DNA of 64,000 nucleotides from Spirochaetia bacterium (GTDB lineage Bacteria; Spirochaetota; Spirochaetia; DSM-2461). The stretch is taken from contig CAXXIA010000001.1 of NCBI GenBank assembly GCA_963666985.2, positions 288,001 through 352,000 on the forward strand, read 5' to 3'. The position numbers and the translations under genes are program-made. The notes under the pieces were generated by a model, which searched no databases, was not told the DNA's origin, and worked only from the letters and a program-made list of their open reading frames with translations. Shown piece by piece: positions 47,801 through 56,788 of the stretch. How positions within the stretch are numbered: the stretch's first letter is position 1; every line of letters begins with the position of its first letter.

Positions 47801-48794
47801 AAGTATTAAGTCTCGGCGCTTATCGCTGAGCCTCCGCACTTTAAAAAGGTACAGCAGCGAATATGGAATCTTCATCGGATTCGTCTTGATTGTAATTTTC
47901 CTTTCGTTCGCCACACCGACTTTCGCGACGTATTGGAACCTTATAACCATACTCAGACAAGTGGCGAGTATCGGCATCGCCACTGTCGCCGTCGGTATGC
48001 TGATAATAATGGGATGCATCGATCTCTCGATCGGTTCCATGTTTGCTCTGTGCGGCATCACCGCGGGACTTATTATCTCAACGGGCAAGGAAGGTTTCGG
48101 ACTGCCGGTTCCTTTGGGATACGCCGTAGGGATTGCAACGGGCGTACTGTTCGGATTCCTTAACGGTATTATCATTGCCAAGGGGAAAATCCCCGCCTTC
48201 ATCGTAACAATGGCTTCCATGTGGATTGCCAGGGGACTGGCCCTTATTTTGGCGCACGGAATGCCCGTCGGGAGTTTTCCCGATGCCTTTACCTATTTGG
48301 GAACGGCTTCAATCGATAAGGCGAACATTCTTCCATGGTCCGTTATTGTTTACCTTCTTGTTGTTATCGTGATGGATTTCGTGATGAAAAAGAGGCCGTT
48401 GGGAAGATATATTTATGCGGTCGGCTCGAATGAGGACGCCGCACTGGCGGCCGGCATCAATACCCAGGCAATCAAAGTAAAGGCCTATCTTCTTGAAGGC
48501 GGATTGCTTGGATTGGCCGCGACGCTTCTTGCTTCACGGCTGAAATCGGCCGCTCCGGCATTAGGCCAGGGATACGAACTTGATGCCATTGCGGGCGCCA
48601 TCGTCGGCGGTGTAAGTTTTTCCGGAGGAATCGGGACCGTCTGGTCCATGGTGCTCGGGGCTATTATTATCGGAGTTATCAACAACGGAATGGACCTTCT
48701 GGGCGTTGAAGCGTTTTACAAGCAGATCGTCAAAGGTCTGATTATTCTTTTCGCCGTTTTGCTGGATCGTCAAAGAGCCGGTCGCGCGGAATAA
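47793..48794 (+). CDS. Sugar ABC transporter permease (RbsC-like)
   Basis: IDLSIG, IPAFIVT, GYELDAIA..VGG. Confidence 0.95.
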   Translation: MDESIKSRRLSLSLRTLKRYSSEYGIFIGFVLIVIFLSFATPTFATYWNLITILRQVASIGIATVAVGMLIIMGCIDLSIGSMFALCGITAGLIISTGKEGFGLPVPLGYAVGIATGVLFGFLNGIIIAKGKIPAFIVTMASMWIARGLALILAHGMPVGSFPDAFTYLGTASIDKANILPWSVIVYLLVVIVMDFVMKKRPLGRYIYAVGSNEDAALAAGINTQAIKVKAYLLEGGLLGLAATLLASRLKSAAPALGQGYELDAIAGAIVGGVSFSGGIGTVWSMVLGAIIIGVINNGMDLLGVEAFYKQIVKGLIILFAVLLDRQRAGRAE

Positions 48795-49009
48795 CCACAA
48801 AAGGTTTTCCGCGGCTTGCATATCGAAGTCCTTTTATTGATTTAATCTCCGTATACGTAGGGCCAAGTCGTATTGGCTCTACATTTTCATTACGGATTCC
48901 TCCGGGCCGCTCCCTTGGCCTGCTTCAGCATCCATGCTTGAAGCTTGCTCCTATTTAGTCGCAAACGGCCTCGGGCTTCGAGTCCCTAAGGTTCCCTATA
49001 AACAGAAAA

Positions 49010-50732
49010 GGGGCTGTCTCATAAGAGGCGGCCCTTTTTCATGTCTGGAAGAATTCCCTTCTGAATTCAAGGGTGGTAGAATTCTTCATGGACACTAAAA
49101 AGAAGGCTACATTCAAAGATTACGAAATCAGCCAACAGATGCTCCTGCCTCCAAGTCTCGATGAACTGCTTCCCGCAAACCATATATCCCGCACAATCAA
49201 CAACTTCATCGACACGATGGATACCAGTGAGCTCTTCAACGCCTATCCGGGAGGCGGTGCCAGCAGCTACCACCCGGTGATGATGCTGAAGGTTCTGGTG
49301 TTGGCCTACTCGAAACAGCTGTATTCCTGTCGTCAAATCGCAGACGCTCTTCGTGAGCAGATATGCTTCATGTGGATCAGTGGTAATAACCGTCCTGATT
49401 TCCACACGATAAACAGATTTCGTAACGGTCCATTGAAGAAGAGCATCGAGAAAATCTTTGCCTCAATGGCCAACAGCCTCATCGAGAGCGGACATGTCCA
49501 GATGGAGAACTACTTTCTCGACGGCACAAAAATCGAATCAGCAGCTAACAAATACACATGGGTATGGGGCCGGGCGACAGACAAGTTCCAGAAGCGCCTG
49601 GCCGGCAATATGGATGAGCTTTTCGAATACATCGACCGCATCAATGAAGAAGAGGATGAGAAGTACGGCGACCATGACCTTCCCCATGTGGATCCTCAAG
49701 GCAGGCCGATGTCGGAGATTCTCGAAGATGCGGTATCCAAGCTCAATGAAGAGCTGCGCAAGGATCGGGAGGAGCGAGAAAAGAAGGAGATTCAACGGAG
49801 ATTGAATACCGCTAGCAAGGACTATCTCCCTCGTGCCAAAAAGTATGAGCAGCAGAAGAGAATCCTCGGCGACCGAAATAGTTACTCGAAAACAGACTAT
49901 GATGCGACTTTCATGCGGATGAAAGAAGACTATATGAAAAATGGTCAGCTCAAGCCCGGGTACAACATCCAAATGGGTACTGAGAACCAGTTCATCCTCG
50001 GATATAGCATCCACCAGAGTCCCGGTGACTCCCTGACATTGCCGCTACATATGGAGAAACTGAAAAAGAATCTGAAACGCTATCCGAAAAGAATCATTGC
50101 TGATTCAGGATATGGTAGTGAAGAGAACTACCAGTGGTGTGAGGATCATGGTGTCGAGAAGTACATCAAGTTCAGCTACTTCCACAGGGAGCGGAAACGG
50201 AAGTTCAAGAAGCAGATTCATATGAAAGAGAACTGGGACTATCGTGCCTCTGATGATACATACCGGTGCCCCAAGGGTCGCCGATTCAAACACGAGGAGA
50301 CCAGAATCTCGAAAACAGGTTCAGGATTTCCGACCACTGAAAAAAGGTATACAGGCCCTGGATGCCAAAGGTGTTCTCTCCGAATCCGGTGCTGCAAATA
50401 CGGAGGCAAAGAGCGCATCCTGACGGTTCGTCCAAACCTGGAACGGCATAAGTCTGAAGTGCGCAAGTTGCTGACTTCAGAGGAAGGACTGAGAATGCGC
50501 TCTCTCAGGCCGATTGAAGTCGAATCTGTATTCGGAGATATCAAGACGAATATGGGATTTCGGAGATTCCGAACCAGGGGATTGAAGATGGTCAGTACTG
50601 AATGGGGACTGTTGAGTATGGCTCATAACATGAGGAAGCTACAGAAACGATAAGGGGATGGGAGGGAACCTCCCGTCTTCGGAGGTCAACCAAATTTTAA
50701 AAGGGGCTGTCTCAAACTAATGAGACAGCCCC
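49010..50732 (+). mobile_element. IS1182-family insertion sequence, copy 2
   Basis: Same ends, length and ORF translations as 8686-10408 (offset 40324). Confidence 0.93.
49088..50653 (+). CDS. IS1182-family DDE transposase
   Basis: Translation identical to copy 1. Confidence 0.95.
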   Translation: MDTKKKATFKDYEISQQMLLPPSLDELLPANHISRTINNFIDTMDTSELFNAYPGGGASSYHPVMMLKVLVLAYSKQLYSCRQIADALREQICFMWISGNNRPDFHTINRFRNGPLKKSIEKIFASMANSLIESGHVQMENYFLDGTKIESAANKYTWVWGRATDKFQKRLAGNMDELFEYIDRINEEEDEKYGDHDLPHVDPQGRPMSEILEDAVSKLNEELRKDREEREKKEIQRRLNTASKDYLPRAKKYEQQKRILGDRNSYSKTDYDATFMRMKEDYMKNGQLKPGYNIQMGTENQFILGYSIHQSPGDSLTLPLHMEKLKKNLKRYPKRIIADSGYGSEENYQWCEDHGVEKYIKFSYFHRERKRKFKKQIHMKENWDYRASDDTYRCPKGRRFKHEETRISKTGSGFPTTEKRYTGPGCQRCSLRIRCCKYGGKERILTVRPNLERHKSEVRKLLTSEEGLRMRSLRPIEVESVFGDIKTNMGFRRFRTRGLKMVSTEWGLLSMAHNMRKLQKR

Positions 50733-50741
50733 TTTTCCATT

Positions 50742-50815
50742 TACGCCCTAGAGGACTCGAACCTCTGACCCTCGGCTTAGAAGGCCGATGCTCTATCCGG
50801 CTGAGCTAAGGGCGC
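50742..50815 (-). tRNA. tRNA-Arg(UCU)
   Basis: GCGCCCT/AGGGCGT acceptor stem, TCGGC-CT-TCT-AA-GCCGA anticodon arm, GGTTCGAGTCC T-arm; CCA not encoded. Confidence 0.95.
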
Positions 50816-50831
50816 GTACAATTCGCAGGCC

Positions 50832-50860
50832 ATAATAACGGGTATGAGCCCCGTTGTGAA
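50832..50860 (-). promoter_or_regulatory. Sigma70 promoter of tRNA-Arg
   Basis: TTCACA-17-TATTAT followed by GC-rich discriminator. Confidence 0.7.
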
Positions 50861-50865
50861 GCCGT

Positions 50866-50938
50866 TCGGAATGGCGGGACTCGAACCCGCGATCTCCTGC
50901 TCCCAAAGCAGGTGCCCTAGCCGCTGGGCTACATTCCG
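50866..50938 (-). tRNA. tRNA-Pro(UGG)
   Basis: CGGAATG/CATTCCG acceptor stem, CCTGC-TT-TGG-GA-GCAGG anticodon arm, GGTTCGAGTCC. Confidence 0.95.
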
Positions 50939-50947
50939 TGCTGGTGC

Positions 50948-50976
50948 ATTTTAGGGATTGGAAGGCCGCGGGTCAA
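50948..50976 (-). promoter_or_regulatory. Sigma70 promoter of tRNA-Pro
   Basis: TTGACC-17-TAAAAT. Confidence 0.8.
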
Positions 50977-51046
50977 TGAGGTGAGTTCTAAAGTCTTTAT
51001 CCATTAGGGCTTGACCTGAAATGATCCCTCGGTTTCCCTTTAATAC

Positions 51047-51691
51047 ATGTCAAAGAAACCGGGTGCGGGAGATCGGCGAGTCAGGATTATTCTCGATATT
51101 CTGGCCGACGAGTATCCCGATCACACTTCCATGCTTACGTATCTGAATCCCTACCAGCTTACCGTCTCCGTGGCCCTATCGGCGCAGACAACCGATGCCG
51201 CGGTAAACAAGGTTTCACCGGAACTGTTCCGGCGATGGCCCAATCCCGCTTCGCTCGCATCGGCCGATGTGAACGAGTTGGAACAAGTGATTCATTCTCT
51301 GGGATACTTTCGACAAAAGGCTCGGAATCTCATCGCCGCTTCCCGCAGGATTACGGAAGTCTATTCCGGAGAAATCCCGAAAGAGATGGACGAGCTGACA
51401 TCTCTTCCCGGAATCGGGCGAAAGAGCGCCAATGTCATCAGAGGCCACATCTGGGGTTTCCCGGGCATTATTGTCGATACGCATTTCGGCCGAGTCTGCC
51501 GCCGTCTCGGGCTGACGGAAGCGGCCGATCCTGCGAAGGTGGAAAAGGACATTGAAGCGATGATTCCCCGGGAGCGGTGGAATGAGTTCTCGATGACGGC
51601 CAATTATCACGGCCGGAAGTACTGTATGGCCCGTAAACCGAATTGCTTTGAATGTCCCCTGGAGGGTGTTTGCCCGAAGTTCTGTGTATAA
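51047..51691 (+). CDS. nth: Endonuclease III
   Basis: LSAQTTD, LPGIGRKSA, VDTH, C-x6-C-x2-C-x5-C. Confidence 0.95.
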   Translation: MSKKPGAGDRRVRIILDILADEYPDHTSMLTYLNPYQLTVSVALSAQTTDAAVNKVSPELFRRWPNPASLASADVNELEQVIHSLGYFRQKARNLIAASRRITEVYSGEIPKEMDELTSLPGIGRKSANVIRGHIWGFPGIIVDTHFGRVCRRLGLTEAADPAKVEKDIEAMIPRERWNEFSMTANYHGRKYCMARKPNCFECPLEGVCPKFCV

Positions 51692-51723
51692 CGACTCTCG
51701 GCGGCAGGAGCTGAAAGTTACGG

Positions 51724-52695
51724 CTAAAAGAAACCGTGAAGATCCGCGATAGTGGAAAAGCCTTCTTCTTCCATATACCGCCGAATCCCGTCGAGAATTT
51801 GTTTCGGCGCGTCAGGATGGGAGAACAGGGCTGTTCCTACCTGAACGGCCGAGGCTCCGGCCAAAAGGTATTCCAGGGCATGTTCGGCGGTTGAGATGCC
51901 GCCCATGCCGATTACCGGGATGCCGACAACCTTTGCGACACGCCATACGGCGGCCACTCCCACGGGCCGAATGGCCGGTCCGGAAAGTCCGCCGATGCCC
52001 CGCGGAATCGCCGGCAGGCGGCGCTTTACGTCGACTTTCATTCCGGAAACGGTATTGATGCAGGAAAGGGCATCGGCACCGGCCGACGCGGCGGCTCTGG
52101 CGATTTCGGTAATATCGGTAACGTTCGGAGAAAGTTTGACAATCAGCGGCTTTCCGCAGATGCGGCGGACCGCCGAGGTCAGCTTTTCCAGTGTTTTCGT
52201 ATCCGTGCCGAAGGCCATTCCCCCATGGTCCACGTTCGGACAGGATACATTCAGTTCGATACCCCAGACGGCATCAATTTCATTCATGGCCTCGGCAACC
52301 GTCAGGTAGTCTTTTTCGGAAGCACCCGCGACATTAACGATCGCCGGAGATGAAAGGGTTTCAAGGATGGGGACTTTTTCCTTTATAAAGCGCTTAAGAC
52401 CGGGATTGGCGAGACCTATGGAGTTGATGATGCCGGCGTCGGTCTCCGCCAGTCGGGGAGGAGCATTCCCGGCTCTGGGCTCCGGAGTAACGGCCTTGGT
52501 ATAAACGGCGCCCAGGGATTCAAGATCGGTAAGATCCCTGAATTCTTCACCGAAGCCGAAGGTTCCCGAGGCAACGCCGACCGGATTCGGCATTTTTTTT
52601 CCCGCGATGGAAACACTCAAGTCGATTTGCGCGATGCCGGAAGCGGGAGAATCTGAAGGAGAGGCGCCGTTTCCTGAGTCGCTTTCGCAGATCAC
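51724..52695 (-). CDS. pyrD: Dihydroorotate dehydrogenase 1B catalytic subunit
   Basis: ASGTFG, NSIGLANPG, ELNVSCPN, VKLSPN, GGLSG. Confidence 0.95.
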   Translation of the reverse strand: MICESDSGNGASPSDSPASGIAQIDLSVSIAGKKMPNPVGVASGTFGFGEEFRDLTDLESLGAVYTKAVTPEPRAGNAPPRLAETDAGIINSIGLANPGLKRFIKEKVPILETLSSPAIVNVAGASEKDYLTVAEAMNEIDAVWGIELNVSCPNVDHGGMAFGTDTKTLEKLTSAVRRICGKPLIVKLSPNVTDITEIARAAASAGADALSCINTVSGMKVDVKRRLPAIPRGIGGLSGPAIRPVGVAAVWRVAKVVGIPVIGMGGISTAEHALEYLLAGASAVQVGTALFSHPDAPKQILDGIRRYMEEEGFSTIADLHGFF

Positions 52696-53531
52696 CAAAC
52701 AACCTCCCTTGAGTCAAATACGGGTCCGTCGCTGCACGCACATTTATAAGAGAGGGCATTATCATGACCGCCGGCGGAATCGGATGGAGAAGAAGCGGAA
52801 ACGGTTTTCACCGCGCAGCCGCAGCATGCGCCGACACCGCAGGCCATACGCTCCTCCAGGGAGACCCAGCAGGTTCTTCCGGCCGAGAGGGCCAGAGTAT
52901 GAACGGCGGCCATCATCGGCATCGGACCGCAGCAGTAATAAACATCGTCGTTACCCGATTCCTTCGGGATTCCGCTCAAAACAGTACCTCGGATTCCAGC
53001 GGATCCGTTATCGGTGCAGATCTGCAAACTGATTTCTTTCGGCCAGATGATATCGGGAATAAACTCGGCGGTACGGGCACCGAGAACAACGGTGGGAAAA
53101 AAACCTTTCTTTATAAGAGAACGGGCCAAATAAAGGATGGGACCGATACCGATACCGCCTGCGATCAGGATGGGATGAGCGCCGGCGGAAGGTTCCGGGA
53201 AGCCCGTACCCAGAGGGCCGATCCAATCGACAACATCTTCTTTTTCGAGGGTGGAAAATCCCTGAGTCGCCGTTCCTCTGATTTCGTAGATAAAGGAAAA
53301 ACCGTTCTCATCGGCATCCGCGTAAGCAAATGGGCGGCGAAGAAGAGGCACGGGAAAATTCACGGGAAGCAAAGTAAAAAAACGGCCGGGACGGGGAATA
53401 TCGCTCTCTTTTCCCGGTTTTATAACACCATCCTCGGTATAAACCAGGGTCATTTCCCTGTATCCCTGAGCGATGGAGCGATGATCGGCTACCCGTGCGC
53501 GGCCCCGGCTGCGGCCGGAACCGGAACTCAT
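52692..53531 (-). CDS. pyrK: Dihydroorotate dehydrogenase electron-transfer subunit
   Basis: LRRPF, GPLG, GGIG, CGP..MM, MACGVGACCGC, DGPVF. Confidence 0.95.
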   Translation of the reverse strand: MSSGSGRSRGRARVADHRSIAQGYREMTLVYTEDGVIKPGKESDIPRPGRFFTLLPVNFPVPLLRRPFAYADADENGFSFIYEIRGTATQGFSTLEKEDVVDWIGPLGTGFPEPSAGAHPILIAGGIGIGPILYLARSLIKKGFFPTVVLGARTAEFIPDIIWPKEISLQICTDNGSAGIRGTVLSGIPKESGNDDVYYCCGPMPMMAAVHTLALSAGRTCWVSLEERMACGVGACCGCAVKTVSASSPSDSAGGHDNALSYKCACSDGPVFDSREVVW

Positions 53532-53962
53532 TTATTTTCTGCCTGAATCCCCGGCGCGGGTTGGTCTTTTTTCGTGTGCGAATTAATCCAATGCGTGAGA
53601 TTCTGAAAACGCATAGCCGTTTCCTGATCGATTGTATGTTCCATGTTGCAGGCCTGTTTCTCAGCGTCTTCGCCTTCGAGTCCCAATCCCTTACTGAAAA
53701 AATCGACAAGAATTTCATGTCTTTGGAAAACGGCTTTGGCAAGTTTTGTGCCTTTGGAAGTGAGATTAATAAAGGAGTTTTTCTCGTATTCAACCAAATC
53801 TTTTTTCTTCAGTGTTTTCAAAGCACCCGTAACGGACGGCATTTGAACCGAAAGTTTATCGGCGATATCTTTGACTCGGGCGACACGATTTTTCTGTTCC
53901 AGAAGGAGAATCGTTTCCAAGTAATCTTCCATGCTCGGGGTAAGTTCTTCTTTTTCCCTCAT
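53528..53962 (-). CDS. DtxR/MntR-family metal-dependent regulator
   Basis: SMEDYLETI, PSVT, RHE, ACNMEH. Confidence 0.93.
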   Translation of the reverse strand: MREKEELTPSMEDYLETILLLEQKNRVARVKDIADKLSVQMPSVTGALKTLKKKDLVEYEKNSFINLTSKGTKLAKAVFQRHEILVDFFSKGLGLEGEDAEKQACNMEHTIDQETAMRFQNLTHWINSHTKKDQPAPGIQAENK

Positions 53963-54017
53963 ACTAAAACGGTAACAGATTAGCCGCCGTTAAGCAAGAT
54001 CAGCGGACGTATGAATA

Positions 54018-54659
54018 TTAGTCCGCGGCGCTCGATAACGGAGGTGCTCTGCGGAGCCGTCTGCACCACTGAGAACTCCAGACGGCCGATAAAAACCACG
54101 GACGTCCTATGATGTAATCGACTCGAAAGCATTCCAGTAAGAGAACTCTCCATCCCGAAGGCGGTTCACCTGCTTCAAAACCGGCCGCTTCCCGCCCTTT
54201 GAATGCGTTTACCGCCGAAGGAAAGGATAGAGGAACACCCCTAAAAGGCGGATAAAGGGGGTTTGAACGAAGGCTCGGAGGTTCTGAGAAACCGGTGATG
54301 AAGAGAGTTTCTTCCTCGATTTCCGTATGCACTGCTGCGGTTTTGGCTAAAGCTTTACCCAGATGATCAAGCCACCCATCCGATTCCACGGGCAGGAAGG
54401 AAACGCCTGAGGATTCCTCAATCATCGGCAGTTTCCCGGGGATAAGAGGCGAGGTGCACGGAGGCAGGAGTCCCGGAACAGGCGGAGAAACGGGATCGGA
54501 TGACTCAAAGATGGGAATCATGGGAGGAAAGGGATCGGGAATCCTTCCCCGTTTTCCCTCTTCTCGCCTTATCCTTTCGACGAGGGCGGCCTGCTGCTGG
54601 GGTGCCGTCAATCCGACCAGATAACGAATTTCAGTCGATGACGACCGGGATAAGCTCAT
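54018..54659 (-). CDS. Hypothetical Pro-rich protein
   Basis: Long ORF filling the gap; no recognised motif; start uncertain. Confidence 0.55.
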   Translation of the reverse strand: MSLSRSSSTEIRYLVGLTAPQQQAALVERIRREEGKRGRIPDPFPPMIPIFESSDPVSPPVPGLLPPCTSPLIPGKLPMIEESSGVSFLPVESDGWLDHLGKALAKTAAVHTEIEEETLFITGFSEPPSLRSNPLYPPFRGVPLSFPSAVNAFKGREAAGFEAGEPPSGWRVLLLECFRVDYIIGRPWFLSAVWSSQWCRRLRRAPPLSSAAD

Positions 54660-54696
54660 GATACACTTATACCCGATTCGTAAAGGTGGGACCATC

Positions 54697-55470
54697 GTGA
54701 AAACCAAAGTTAAAAGTGTTGTTGATGAGATCGTCGACGTTCTGAAGAACTGGAATGGAATCCGCGCCGTAATTCTGCAGCATTTCGCGGAAAAGGATAT
54801 CTACGATCCGAATTTTTCGATAACACTCGATGTTTTTCGTGATGAGGAAGTCCCGAATCGGGAGGAGCGGGAAAAGGCCTTCCCGGAAGCCCGATATTTT
54901 GAATCTTCGCGGGTTCGATTTAAAGACCGCTTTATGATGAACGATCTTCCGGTTCGGATCTCCTATAAAGACTGTTCTCGGGTGGATGCCGTACTTGACG
55001 CCATCGGTACGGAAGATTGGCTTTCCATGGAACGGGGAACCTATCTTTTTCATCGCATCGCCACGGGAACTCTTCTTTGGAGCCGGGATGATTGGATGAA
55101 GGGCGTTCTTGTTAAGCTTGATACGCTTCCCGATGTGTTCTGGACTTCCTGGCTGGAATCCTGTCAGCGGCATATCGATCATTATCTGGGCGATATGACC
55201 GCCGCGGCTTTAAAGGAAGACGAGCTTTATTTCCGTTTTTCTCTTTCGGGATTTCTTAAGTCCGCCGGAGAACTTCTTTTTGCCGTGAATAAAGTGTTTG
55301 AACCCGGTCCGAGAGATTATTCGGCGACTTTGGTCCTTTTGGAGAACTTGCCCGAGGGTTTTGAGGCTAATTGGACCAATTTGCTCCGCGACGACGGAGA
55401 ATTACCGGCGGACAGAAAGGGTGAAGTGGCGACTCTGCTGGCCAAGAGCCTTTTTTCCCTGCGGCCGTAG
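54697..55470 (+). CDS. Nucleotidyltransferase-like / DUF4037-type hypothetical protein
   Basis: Degenerate NTase-like N-terminus (DIYDPNFSITLDVF) and helical C-terminus with LFAVN..FEP. Confidence 0.6.
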   Translation: MKTKVKSVVDEIVDVLKNWNGIRAVILQHFAEKDIYDPNFSITLDVFRDEEVPNREEREKAFPEARYFESSRVRFKDRFMMNDLPVRISYKDCSRVDAVLDAIGTEDWLSMERGTYLFHRIATGTLLWSRDDWMKGVLVKLDTLPDVFWTSWLESCQRHIDHYLGDMTAAALKEDELYFRFSLSGFLKSAGELLFAVNKVFEPGPRDYSATLVLLENLPEGFEANWTNLLRDDGELPADRKGEVATLLAKSLFSLRP

Positions 55471-55584
55471 ACAAAGATGAGCCGTAATCCGAATCCCGGA
55501 CGGGGTTTACACGTTTGAGGCTTTTCGGTAAATTTGTTCCGCTTGTAATATTCGGTACGTTTCGAAACAAGAAGGTGAAAATAT

Positions 55585-55812
55585 ATGTCCAGGAAATGTG
55601 ATATTTGCGGCAAGGGGACTATTTCCGGCCACAGCGTGCCCAGGAAAGGTCTTCCCAAGAAAAAGGGCGGTGCCGGTCAGCATATCGGCGTGAAGTCCAA
55701 GCGGCTGTTTAAGCCCAATCTCGTAAAAATAAAAGCTTTAATCGACGGCAAACCGAAGTCCATTAAGGTCTGTACCCGCTGTCTTAAAGCGGGAAAAGTC
55801 GTTAAGGCTTAG
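55585..55812 (+). CDS. rpmB: 50S ribosomal protein L28
   Basis: MSRKCDICGK, KR.FKPNL, VCTRCLK. Confidence 0.96.
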   Translation: MSRKCDICGKGTISGHSVPRKGLPKKKGGAGQHIGVKSKRLFKPNLVKIKALIDGKPKSIKVCTRCLKAGKVVKA

Positions 55813-56612
55813 TTTTTACCGTCCGCGGCCCTGATGATTAAACCGTCACGGGCCGGACGAACACCGCGGGGCGATGCTTTCGTCAAACGGCGATGAGATG
55901 CCTCGTGGCTGATGTGAGTGAGATACGCCCGTCTCGGGCGTATTTTTTTTATTTCTTCCAGTGCCTTCTCCACATTGAAATGCGTCGGGTGAGCCTGAAA
56001 TCTGAGGGCCCCGATAATCAGAACATCCAAGTTTTCCAACAGCGGATAACTCTCTTCGGGAATCTCACTGGCGTCGGTGATGTAGGCCACCGGACCGCAG
56101 CGCCATCCGAATACATTTAATCTGCCGTGGATTACCGGAATGGGTTTGAGAGTGAGATTCCCGATCATAATGTCGTCTCCGGGATTCACCGGATGAAGGT
56201 TCACTTTCGCTTTGCCTCCGCCTTTCTGGGTGTTTCTCCAGAGGTAATCGAAGCGGGATGCGATTTCATCCAAGGTTTCTGCGGAGGCGTATCCGGGAAT
56301 GGGACGGTTCCACGTGAGGGCACGCAAGTCGTCCAGACCATGCAGATGATCGGCATGAGCATGGGTCCAGAATACGGCGTCAAGAGAATTGATGCCCGCT
56401 CTTAGGGCCTGAAGGCGGAATTCCGGCGCCGTATCGATGAGAACCCGTGTTCCTCCCGCTTCGATGAGAATGGAACAGCGATATCGCCGGTTTCTTCGGT
56501 CCCAAGAGCGGCAGACAGGACACCGGCAGCCCGGAACGGGAATCCCGATGCTGGTGCCCGTGCCGAGCATGGTTACGGTGTATGCTGCCGATTCGATCCG
56601 CTCTTTCCTCAT
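55809..56612 (-). CDS. MBL-fold hydrolase (PhnP-like)
   Basis: LGTGTS.G.P, CRCPVC, THAHADH, THISH. Confidence 0.92.
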   Translation of the reverse strand: MRKERIESAAYTVTMLGTGTSIGIPVPGCRCPVCRSWDRRNRRYRCSILIEAGGTRVLIDTAPEFRLQALRAGINSLDAVFWTHAHADHLHGLDDLRALTWNRPIPGYASAETLDEIASRFDYLWRNTQKGGGKAKVNLHPVNPGDDIMIGNLTLKPIPVIHGRLNVFGWRCGPVAYITDASEIPEESYPLLENLDVLIIGALRFQAHPTHFNVEKALEEIKKIRPRRAYLTHISHEASHRRLTKASPRGVRPARDGLIIRAADGKN

Positions 56613-56788
56613 GCGCCTTAGTATATCGGGATGCGCTTCGGGAGAAAATGATGAAGGATGTCTTGTCGAAATAACCGCCGCGGAAAACCGACTCTTGCGG
56701 AGAACTTTCTTTTGCGGCAAATACGGCCTTTAATCGGGAGACTGCAGAATATCTGATTTGTAACCTATAATAAGCCTAGAGGATTGAA

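Noticed and set aside
48960..49000. Additional tRNA gene
   Set aside because: Only a T-loop-like motif; no cloverleaf could be built
50733..50815. Integrase attachment site at tRNA-Arg
   Set aside because: No integrase in the window and no duplicated tRNA 3' end noticed
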